Source of the DNA: Armatimonadota bacterium | GTDB taxonomy: Bacteria; Armatimonadota; Hebobacteria; CAIYQO01 | Direction of reading: 5' to 3' | NCBI GenBank assembly: GCA_038248345.1 | Contig: JBBRXO010000036.1 | Span: forward strand, 1-23,427 | Length of the DNA: 23,427 bases | Program-made: the position numbers and the translations under genes | In this document: piece after piece, positions 16,546 to 23,427 of the stretch | How positions within the stretch are numbered: the first letter of the stretch is position 1 | Layout: the number at the start of each line of letters is the position of its first letter | Notes under the pieces: generated by a model | What the model saw: only the letters and a program-made list of their open reading frames with translations | Database searches by the model: none | What the model was told of the DNA's origin: nothing

Positions 16546-18318
16546 CTATCTCGGTAAGTGGATAGTGAAGGTACTCCCGGCGCGAAGACTGCTCTCCACC
16601 GTCACGATGCCACTATGCGCCTGGACGATGTGTTTCACAATTGCCAACCCGAGTCCCGTGCCGCCGAGTTTACGGCTCCGCCCGTTGTCTACGCGATAGA
16701 AACGCTCGAACAAGCGCGGGAGATGCTCTGCGGCAATCCCGGCACCATTGTCGTGGATGCTGATCGTCACCTCGAGTTCACTGCAGTGAACGGCGGCCAG
16801 TATCTCACTTTGCGGATCGCTGTATTTGATCGCATTGTCGATAAGATTGACGGTGGCCTGCTCCAGGAGCACTACATTTATCATCGCCGGGCATTTCTCC
16901 GACAATTCTTGCGTAATACGGATAGATTTGTCTTCTGCGCGCTGCATACAGGACTGTACGGCGGAGCTGACCACCGCGCAAACGTCCGTCTCCTCAAAGA
17001 CAATCCCCCCTGCCACTTCTCCGTTCTGCTCTATTCTCGACAAACTGAGCAGATCGTCAATGATGGCATTAAGGCGGTTGGTATGTTTAGCAATGATCTC
17101 CAGAAAATGCTGGGCATCTTCCGGATCGTTCATGCTCCCATCGAGTAAAGTCTCCACAAAGCCCTTGATGGAGGTGATCGGGGTACGCAATTCGTGCGAT
17201 ACATTGGCGACGAAATCCCGACGCACATTCTCCAGTCGTCGCAGGCTGGTGACGTCGTTCATAACTACCAGCACACCGATACGCTGATGCCCTTCATCCT
17301 CCAGCACGGTGCCATGTGTCTGCATAAAACGCTCGCCCTTATCGCGCAGCACTATCTCGCCCTCTTGCGGCGTCCACGTGGTGAGCATGGTACGCACGAA
17401 AAGCTGCAGATCACGGTTACGCACTACTTCCTGCAGATGGCGGCCCATCACCTTAGTCGCATCTACATTCAGCAGACGCCCGGCGGCATTGTTCAATTTG
17501 AGCACACGTTCATCTTTATCGAAGGCGACTACACCCTCAACCATACTCGACAGCACCGCTTCCTGCTCATGCCGTTGCCTATTGATGGTGCGTATTCGTT
17601 CATTCAACTGCGCCGCCATGGTATTCATGGATTCCGCCAGTGCCCCGATTTCGTCAGTGCTGCTGATATCCAGCGGGGTTGTCAGGTCTCCTTGCGCAAA
17701 ACGTTCTGCCCCCTGCCGCATGACGTCCAATGGTCTACTGATGCGCCGCGAGACAATGATACTCAAACCGGCAGCCGTGAGTAAAACGAAGAGAACACTC
17801 AACATAATGATAAAACGCACACTCAACAACGTGTGCTCTATCCTTATAATCGGAAATGAGACACGGGCGACTCCGAACACTTTACCTTGCTCTATCAGTG
17901 GATCTGCCACATAGAGCATCTCCTGCTGCAGCGTTGTGCTGAAACGGGTACTGGTAGCCTGCTTCCCCAGCAATGCCGCCGCCACTTCAGGCCGCGTGCC
18001 GTGATTGTCCAATGTGGCGATATCTACCTGGGAATCGCCCACTACTCGGCCATCGGGCAGGATAACAGTAATGCGAATCCCCGCCACTTTACCCATAACC
18101 TTGCAACGTGCATCAATGACGCCCAAATTACCAGCAAGGAGGTCATCGGATAATTGCAACTCCGCCAAATGGGACTGCGCAATAAGTAATTCCTCCGCCT
18201 GCACGGTGAAAAGATGCCGTAAGGTAAACCATGCTACAATGGAAATAGTCACCAATGCAAGCATGGTTATCAACAGATATGAAGGAAATAAACGCCAAAG
18301 CAACCGCTTGCGTCTCAT
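16546..18318 (-). CDS. phoR: PhoR-like sensor histidine kinase (2 TM, HAMP, PAS, HisKA, HATPase)
   Basis: RRDFVANVSHELRTPITSIKGFVETL, NLIDNAIKYS, RLFERFYRVD and GGTGLGLAIVKH motifs. Confidence 0.85.
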   Translation of the reverse strand: MRRKRLLWRLFPSYLLITMLALVTISIVAWFTLRHLFTVQAEELLIAQSHLAELQLSDDLLAGNLGVIDARCKVMGKVAGIRITVILPDGRVVGDSQVDIATLDNHGTRPEVAAALLGKQATSTRFSTTLQQEMLYVADPLIEQGKVFGVARVSFPIIRIEHTLLSVRFIIMLSVLFVLLTAAGLSIIVSRRISRPLDVMRQGAERFAQGDLTTPLDISSTDEIGALAESMNTMAAQLNERIRTINRQRHEQEAVLSSMVEGVVAFDKDERVLKLNNAAGRLLNVDATKVMGRHLQEVVRNRDLQLFVRTMLTTWTPQEGEIVLRDKGERFMQTHGTVLEDEGHQRIGVLVVMNDVTSLRRLENVRRDFVANVSHELRTPITSIKGFVETLLDGSMNDPEDAQHFLEIIAKHTNRLNAIIDDLLSLSRIEQNGEVAGGIVFEETDVCAVVSSAVQSCMQRAEDKSIRITQELSEKCPAMINVVLLEQATVNLIDNAIKYSDPQSEILAAVHCSELEVTISIHDNGAGIAAEHLPRLFERFYRVDNGRSRKLGGTGLGLAIVKHIVQAHSGIVTVESSLRAGSTFTIHLPR

Positions 18319-18319
18319 G

Positions 18320-19006
18320 TTACTCCTTGAAGCGGTACCCTACGCCGCGCACGGTCTCGATATACTGCCCGGCAGTGCCCAGCTTCTTCCGTAAACCGAC
18401 TATATGTACATCCACAGAACGCTCGGTGACGGCGCAATCTTCGCCACGCACAGCATCCACGATCTGATAACGGGTGAATACCCAGCCACGACGCCGCGCC
18501 AGCAGGTGCAACAGGTTGAACTCGGAGAAGGTCAGCTCCGTGCGCTTCCCATCAACAGTAACCTCACGCCGTCCCGGATGGATAGTGATATTGTGAACGT
18601 TCACCGCCGAATCCTCGTCCGCTGGAGTCTCGACACGACGACGCAACACAGTGCGAACTCGCGCAAGCAACACACGAGGAGAAAAAGGTTTGGTCAAATA
18701 ATCATCTGCCCCTAATTCCAATCCCGAGATAATATCGGATTCTTCGCCCTTCGCCGTGACCATGATGATAGGGATATTGCGTGTTCCTTCATCCTGCTTC
18801 AGCACCCGGCAAACATCCATACCGCTGATACCGGGCAACATCAAATCCAAGACAATCAGATCTGGTGCATCCGCCCGCACCGCGCGCAACCCTTCTTCAC
18901 CGGTGGTAACACCGAGCGCCTGGTAACCCTCTTTGGTTAGATTAAAAGTCTCTAATTCGAGGATATCCTCTTCATCTTCAATAACCAGAATCTTAAATTT
19001 CGCCAT
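18320..19006 (-). CDS. phoB: PhoB/PhoP-like OmpR-family response regulator
   Basis: LDLMLPG, MVTAKGEE, GADDYLTKPFSPR, RSVDVHI and ETVRGVGYRF motifs; AGGAG SD favours a start at 19006. Confidence 0.8.
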   Translation of the reverse strand: MAKFKILVIEDEEDILELETFNLTKEGYQALGVTTGEEGLRAVRADAPDLIVLDLMLPGISGMDVCRVLKQDEGTRNIPIIMVTAKGEESDIISGLELGADDYLTKPFSPRVLLARVRTVLRRRVETPADEDSAVNVHNITIHPGRREVTVDGKRTELTFSEFNLLHLLARRRGWVFTRYQIVDAVRGEDCAVTERSVDVHIVGLRKKLGTAGQYIETVRGVGYRFKE

Positions 19007-19029
19007 TATCATCTCCTGCACTATAACAT

Positions 19030-19090
19030 ATTCTAAACATACTCCCTTATCATTGCAAATGGCATTAGTTTTGCGTTAGGTTATTGTTAG
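19030..19090 (-). promoter_or_regulatory. phoBR-like promoter with three 11-bp-period direct repeats (Pho-box-like)
   Basis: Minus strand CTAACA-N5-CTAACG-N5-CTAATG, then TTGCAA, 17 nt, TAGAAT. Confidence 0.65.
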
Positions 19091-19163
19091 CAAAAATGGC
19101 AATCCTATGCAGTCCGATGTTGATTCCAAGTTCCTCGATCATTGAATTGTCACGTTCAAAAAC

Positions 19164-19192
19164 TTGGCACTGCCAGGCGGTAATGGTATCAT
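19164..19192 (+). promoter_or_regulatory. ppnP promoter
   Basis: TTGGCA, 17 nt, TGn-TATCAT; SD GGAGG at 19202-19206. Confidence 0.6.
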
Positions 19193-19215
19193 ATTAAAAA
19201 CGGAGGATTAAAGAA

Positions 19216-19530
19216 GTGAATCAGTTCAAGGGCGTAACCGTAGTAAAGACGGCCAATATCTATTTTGACGGCAAAGTCACCAGCCGCACCGTCATCTTCC
19301 CCGATGGCGAGAAGAAAACGCTGGGCATCATGCTCCCCGGCGACTATGAGTTCGGCACTGACGCCAAGGAGATGATGGAGATCATGGCCGGCGAGCTGGA
19401 AGCGCTCCTCCCCGGTGAGAAGAGTTGGCGCACCATCAACGGCGGCGAGTCCTTCACCGTCCCCGCCAACTCCCGCTTCAAGCTCAAAGTGCTGGAAGTA
19501 ACCGACTACTGCTGCTCGTATATAGCGTGA
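19216..19530 (+). CDS. ppnP: Pyrimidine/purine nucleoside phosphorylase
   Basis: [27 protein letters not shown] and DYCCSY motifs; 104 aa. Confidence 0.92.
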   Translation: MNQFKGVTVVKTANIYFDGKVTSRTVIFPDGEKKTLGIMLPGDYEFGTDAKEMMEIMAGELEALLPGEKSWRTINGGESFTVPANSRFKLKVLEVTDYCCSYIA

Positions 19531-19534
19531 GAAA

Positions 19535-19589
19535 TACATGGATAGGCATGGATAAACAGGATATCCTGCCTATCCTGTATATCCATGTA
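19535..19589. repeat. Spacer-less palindrome of 3+3 GGAT/ATCC units
   Basis: TACATGGATAGGCATGGATAAACAGGAT|ATCCTGCCTATCCTGTATATCCATGTA. Confidence 0.85.
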
Positions 19590-19613
19590 AATTAGCATAA
19601 AAAGAGTGAATAG

Positions 19614-20516
19614 ATGAACATCATTGAAGAGATTAACCGGCTGCGCGTGGAGCGGAACGCGGTGATTCTGGCACATAACTACCAGAACCCCGAGGTGCAG
19701 GATATCGCCGACTATGTGGGCGACTCGCTGGAGTTGAGCATCAAGGCTTCCCAGCTCACCGCGCCGGATGTCATCGTCTTCTGCAGCGTCGACTTTATGG
19801 CGGAGACGGCCAAGCTGCTCTCGCCGGGGAAGATCGTGCTGCTGCCCGCCGCCGATGCCGGCTGCCCGATGGCTGACATGGTCACCCCGGAGCGCCTGCG
19901 CACACTGAAGGCAGAGCATCCGGGGGTGCCGGTATGTTGCTACGTCAACTCATCGGCGGCGGTGAAGGCGGAGTGCGACATCACCTGCACCAGTGCCAAC
20001 GCCCTCAAAGTGGTGGAGAGTCTGGGCGCGCCGGAGGTGATCTTCGTGCCCGATCGCTGCCTGGGTGCCTGGGTGCAACGGTTCACCACCACGAAGCTCA
20101 TCCTCTGGCCCGGCTTCTGCCCCACGCACAACCGTATCCTGCCCGAGCATATCATCGCCGCGCGCGCCGCCCACCCGGGGGCCGAGGTCATCGTGCACCC
20201 GGAGTGTACCCCCGCGGTAATCGACCTGGCCGACCACGTGGTGAGCACCGGCGGCATGGTGCGCTTGGCGCGCGAGAGCGCTGCTAGCGCCTTCATCGTC
20301 GGCACCGAGGAGGGGATGCTGCACCGCCTGCGCAAAGAGAACCCGGACAAAACCTTCATCCACATCGGCCCCATGGCCACCTGCCCCAACATGAAGAAGA
20401 CCACGCTGGAGAAGGTGCTCTGGTCGCTGCAGGATATGCAGACAGAGATCACCGTCCCCGACGAGATCGCCGGGGCAGCAAGACAAACGATAGAGCGCAT
20501 GATCGCGGTGATATAG
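19614..20516 (+). CDS. nadA: Quinolinate synthase
   Basis: ILAHNYQ, FMAETAK, YVNSSA and HPEC motifs; three Fe-S cysteines (AGCPMA, GFCPTH, CPNMK). Confidence 0.96.
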   Translation: MNIIEEINRLRVERNAVILAHNYQNPEVQDIADYVGDSLELSIKASQLTAPDVIVFCSVDFMAETAKLLSPGKIVLLPAADAGCPMADMVTPERLRTLKAEHPGVPVCCYVNSSAAVKAECDITCTSANALKVVESLGAPEVIFVPDRCLGAWVQRFTTTKLILWPGFCPTHNRILPEHIIAARAAHPGAEVIVHPECTPAVIDLADHVVSTGGMVRLARESAASAFIVGTEEGMLHRLRKENPDKTFIHIGPMATCPNMKKTTLEKVLWSLQDMQTEITVPDEIAGAARQTIERMIAVI

Positions 20517-20536
20517 CCCACTGGGGCAGTAGTTAC

Positions 20537-20669
20537 TTGTCTGAACCCGGATTTATGGGATTATAAGGATTTTCCTGATAATTTACTGCCCGGGGGGAAA
20601 TATCTCATCGACTTAACGGCCCAGTTATCAGGAAAATCATTATAATCGGGCAAATCCGGGTTCAGACAA
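20537..20669. repeat. 45-bp inverted repeats with period-9 GAT(T) units and a 43-nt spacer
   Basis: 20537-20581 versus 20625-20669, 40/45 complementary. Confidence 0.9.
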
Positions 20670-20688
20670 AAAGCCAGAGGACTCAATA

Positions 20689-21471
20689 ATGACAACAATA
20701 TCATCATCACCACAGATATACCTCACCCGCGGCCTTGCGGGTTGTCAGTTGGCGGCGCGACTGGGGGCGGTGGCTATTGTGGTGGACGCCCTGCGCGCCA
20801 GTGCTACGCTGCCCACGCTACTGGATCGGGGTGTTGAGCGTGTGCTGGTGGTGAGCGAGGTTGCGGATGCGCGGGCGCTGGCCTTGCAGGTGCCGGGGGC
20901 GATGCTGGTGGGCGAGCGCATGGGTGAGAAGTTGCCCGGGTTTGACCTGGGCAACAGCCCGCTAGAGGCGCTCGCCGCCAAAGAGCTGGCCCCCGTGGCC
21001 ATCTTCACCAGCAGCAACGGCGCACAGCGCCTCACCGCCTGCACGGGGGCGAATACCGTGCTGGTGGGCACCATCTGCAACGCGCGTGCGCTGGTGGCCT
21101 GGGTGCGCCCCTACGCCAGCAAAAACGATCTACCGGTGGTGCTCATCGCTGCCGGGCAGTACCCCGATGAGGAGTTCATCTCCCCCGAGGACGACGCCGT
21201 CTGCGCCTACCTGGCCCAGCGGCTGGATTTGCCCATCAATGAAGCCTCGCAAAAAGCCTTCGTCGCCGAAGAAGCGCAGCTGCAACACAAAGGCATGCCC
21301 GCCATCTTCAATGACAGCCTCCACGCGCAACACCTGATCGAGATAGGCTATTGCGACGACGTAAACTTCTGCTGCCGCATAGACGTCCTGCACAGCCTGC
21401 CCGCAGTCACCGCCCCGGTGCTACTGGGGGATAAGGTTGTGGGGGTGGAAGTACGGGGGATGAAGTTGTAA
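20689..21471 (+). CDS. comB: 2-phosphosulfolactate phosphatase family protein
   Basis: VVDALRASAT, GER.G.KLPGFDLGNSP, TSSNG and EDD..CA motifs. Confidence 0.85.
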   Translation: MTTISSSPQIYLTRGLAGCQLAARLGAVAIVVDALRASATLPTLLDRGVERVLVVSEVADARALALQVPGAMLVGERMGEKLPGFDLGNSPLEALAAKELAPVAIFTSSNGAQRLTACTGANTVLVGTICNARALVAWVRPYASKNDLPVVLIAAGQYPDEEFISPEDDAVCAYLAQRLDLPINEASQKAFVAEEAQLQHKGMPAIFNDSLHAQHLIEIGYCDDVNFCCRIDVLHSLPAVTAPVLLGDKVVGVEVRGMKL

Positions 21472-21486
21472 ACTATTGTCGGTTTG

Positions 21487-21516
21487 TATCACTGTTGGTG
21501 TATAATATGAGTGATA
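21487..21516 (+). promoter_or_regulatory. -10 box framed by an operator-like inverted repeat
   Basis: TATCACT (21487-21493) and AGTGATA (21510-21516) flank TATAAT (21501-21506). Confidence 0.45.
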
Positions 21517-21547
21517 ATGGCATGTACACAAATAGAGGACAATGATT

Positions 21548-22645
21548 ATGGAACCAAAAATCAGTTCACTGGCTATACAGCGTTTCCGTTCGCTTAAAGA
21601 CCTGAAGATTGAAGGAATGGGGCGGGTTAACCTCATCACAGGTAAGAACAACACCGGTAAATCATCGGTATTGGAAGCAATTCGAATATTAGCATCGGAA
21701 GCATCGCCCTATGTTATAAGTGACATTCTGCGTTTCAGAGAAGAAGACGCGGATGAATCTATGGAAAGTTTTTTTCGGTTTTCGAGCTTATTTCTAGGAT
21801 TCCCACAGTTTTCAGCAAGCATCAACCCTATCCTAATTATCTCTACCGGTCAACGTGCAATGAATATTTCTATTGGGGCGGGCTGGTATGTTGAAGAAAG
21901 GGATGAAACCGGTCTGAGAAGAGTGTTAAAGAAACAGCAGGGGTTATTTGGTGAAGAGGAGGAAGGGGCACCAGGGCTCGTTATTAAAACTGAGGGTAAG
22001 AGTAGAATATTGTCACTAACATCTAACGGATATCGGCGGATAGGCTCTTTTCGTCCTGATTATGCGGATAATCAACTGATTCCATGTCAATTCGTTAGTC
22101 CATTTGGGGGCGAGTTTACGCGAACTTTAGGATATTTATGGGATAAAATAGCTCTTACAGACAATGAGAATGATGTTGTTGATGCTTTGCGAATAATTGA
22201 TCCGCAAATACAGGCAGTATCCATGGTCGGGGCAGAAGGGTCGCAGAAAACACGCAAAGCAATTGTGAGGGTTAGTAATATCTATGACCCTGTCTCACTA
22301 CGGTCTTTTGGCGATGGCCTCAACCGCCTTTTCGGTATCATACTTTCATTGGTAAACTCCAAAGATGGCCTGCTCTTGATTGATGAATTTGAAAATGGCC
22401 TGCACTACTCCGTTCAAGTCGATGTATGGCGTGTTATCTTCAAGTTGGCCAATCGTCTCGATATCCAGGTGGTAGCAACCTCGCATAGCTGGGATGCTAT
22501 CGAAGCCTTTCAGCAGGCGGCGAGTGAGGTTGGGGACGAAGGTGTATTGATCCGTTTGACACGACGCGGAGAAGAGATCATCCCGACGGTCTTCCGCGAA
22601 GATGAACTGGCCATCGTAACCCGCGATCACATCGAGGTGCGCTGA
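21548..22645 (+). CDS. ABC-type ATPase (AAA_15/AAA_21-like), non-transporter
   Basis: IQRFRSL start, Walker A GKNNTGKS, signature-like SFGDG, Walker B LLLIDEFENGLH, H-loop ATSHS. SD spacing favours ATG 21548 over 21542. Confidence 0.9.
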   Translation: MEPKISSLAIQRFRSLKDLKIEGMGRVNLITGKNNTGKSSVLEAIRILASEASPYVISDILRFREEDADESMESFFRFSSLFLGFPQFSASINPILIISTGQRAMNISIGAGWYVEERDETGLRRVLKKQQGLFGEEEEGAPGLVIKTEGKSRILSLTSNGYRRIGSFRPDYADNQLIPCQFVSPFGGEFTRTLGYLWDKIALTDNENDVVDALRIIDPQIQAVSMVGAEGSQKTRKAIVRVSNIYDPVSLRSFGDGLNRLFGIILSLVNSKDGLLLIDEFENGLHYSVQVDVWRVIFKLANRLDIQVVATSHSWDAIEAFQQAASEVGDEGVLIRLTRRGEEIIPTVFREDELAIVTRDHIEVR

Positions 22646-22646
22646 T

Positions 22647-23276
22647 ATGAGTAGGAAAAGGATTCTGCTAGTTGAGGGAAAAGATGATTTACACGTTATT
22701 AGTAATATTTGTGAAGTTAAGAAGGTTCCAAGTATAGACAAGGTCATCCAGCTCGATAGTGTTGAGAAATTGCTTGAGGATATCCCTGTTCGTTTGAAAG
22801 CAGGTGAAGATGGCGATATCGTAGGAATTGTGATTGATGCGGACACTGACCTGGAGGCGCGTTGGATATCCATTCGGGATCGGCTGGTGAAGGTTGGATA
22901 TCAGCAATTACCGGAGAACCCATCGCCAGACGGAACAATCATCACCCCACCACCAGATTCGTTATTGCCGCGTGTGGGTATCTGGATTATGCCCGACAAC
23001 CAGACCAAAGGGATTCTGGAGGATTTCTTACGCTTCCTGGTGCCTGCCGGCTCGCCCTTGTTTGCCCATGTCGAGGCTAGTATCGCAGCAATACCCACCA
23101 GCGAATTGCAATTAAGTGAATTATCGAAACCCAAAGCCTTGATTCATACCTGGCTGGCATGGCAAGAAGAACCGGGCAAACCAATGGGGCAAGCTATTAC
23201 AGCACGATACCTGGACGCCGATGTTCCACAGGTCGAAGTATTCGTGTCATGGTTAAACCGTTTATATTTCCCTTGA
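22647..23276 (+). CDS. TOPRIM-like DUF3226-family protein
   Basis: LLVEGKDD, IVIDAD, GILEDF, KALIHTWLAWQEEPG and FVSWL motifs; starts 1 nt after the ATPase stop. Confidence 0.78.
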   Translation: MSRKRILLVEGKDDLHVISNICEVKKVPSIDKVIQLDSVEKLLEDIPVRLKAGEDGDIVGIVIDADTDLEARWISIRDRLVKVGYQQLPENPSPDGTIITPPPDSLLPRVGIWIMPDNQTKGILEDFLRFLVPAGSPLFAHVEASIAAIPTSELQLSELSKPKALIHTWLAWQEEPGKPMGQAITARYLDADVPQVEVFVSWLNRLYFP

Positions 23277-23427
23277 TGCGGCCACTCCCCGGTACAACGC
23301 CCCATACTCCAGCAGCATGTCGCTGCGGGTGTAGTGGTTTTGTACGTGCTGGCGTGCGGCGGTGCCCTGGCGCTGGCGCAGCTCGGGGTCGGACAGGTAG
23401 CGGCGCAGCGTGGTGTCGAATACTCCG
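23262..23427 (-). CDS. Partial glycosyltransferase family 4 (C-terminal end; runs off the window)
   Basis: Not in the ORF track. My translation is GVFDTTLRRYLSDPELRQRQGTAARQHVQNHYTRSDMLLEYGALYRGVAASREI*, typical of GT4 terminal helices. Confidence 0.75.
   Translation of the reverse strand, partial: GVFDTTLRRYLSDPELRQRQGTAARQHVQNHYTRSDMLLEYGALYRGVAASREI

Noticed and set aside
20689..21471. Coenzyme M biosynthesis
   Set aside because: Stand-alone ComB homologs are widespread, and comA and comC are not present in the window.
21476..23270. Target-site duplication around the ATPase module (GTTTGTAT versus GTTTATAT)
   Set aside because: Short, imperfect and AT-rich, so compatible with chance. 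No integrase or transposase nearby.

Overview
Bacterial chromosomal window of mostly housekeeping genes, probably from a diderm organism: it has a GT9 heptosyltransferase-like gene, a short-form L27 and no prp gene. An Armatimonadota-like origin is only a guess. Gene order: HEAT-repeat protein split by one in-frame TAA, GT9 glycosyltransferase, RlmI-like methyltransferase, N-acetylmuramoyl-L-alanine amidase, orphan beta-class DNA methyltransferase, ankyrin protein and SLT lytic transglycosylase (minus), rplU-rpmA, RNase E/G and a divergent TIGR03936-like protein (minus), rodA, Nif3-like protein, Gfo/Idh/MocA oxidoreductase, PhoR/PhoB-like pair (minus), ppnP, nadA, comB-like, an AT-richer ABC-ATPase + TOPRIM-like (DUF3226-like) pair, and a partial GT4 glycosyltransferase. 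The most notable items are: (1) the ATPase/TOPRIM pair, a PARIS-like defence candidate; (2) five intergenic elements built from 3-4 short 7-10 nt periodic units, three of them as inverted pairs, one collapsed with no spacer; (3) a REP/REPIN-like hairpin cluster and a 182-nt structured element at the two junctions of a rearranged rodA-TIGR03936-rne-rplU-rpmA cluster; (4) a three-unit, 11-bp-period Pho-box-like array upstream of the phoBR-like promoter. I found no CRISPR array, tRNA, rRNA, transposase or integrase. All family calls come from motif recognition, not database searches.
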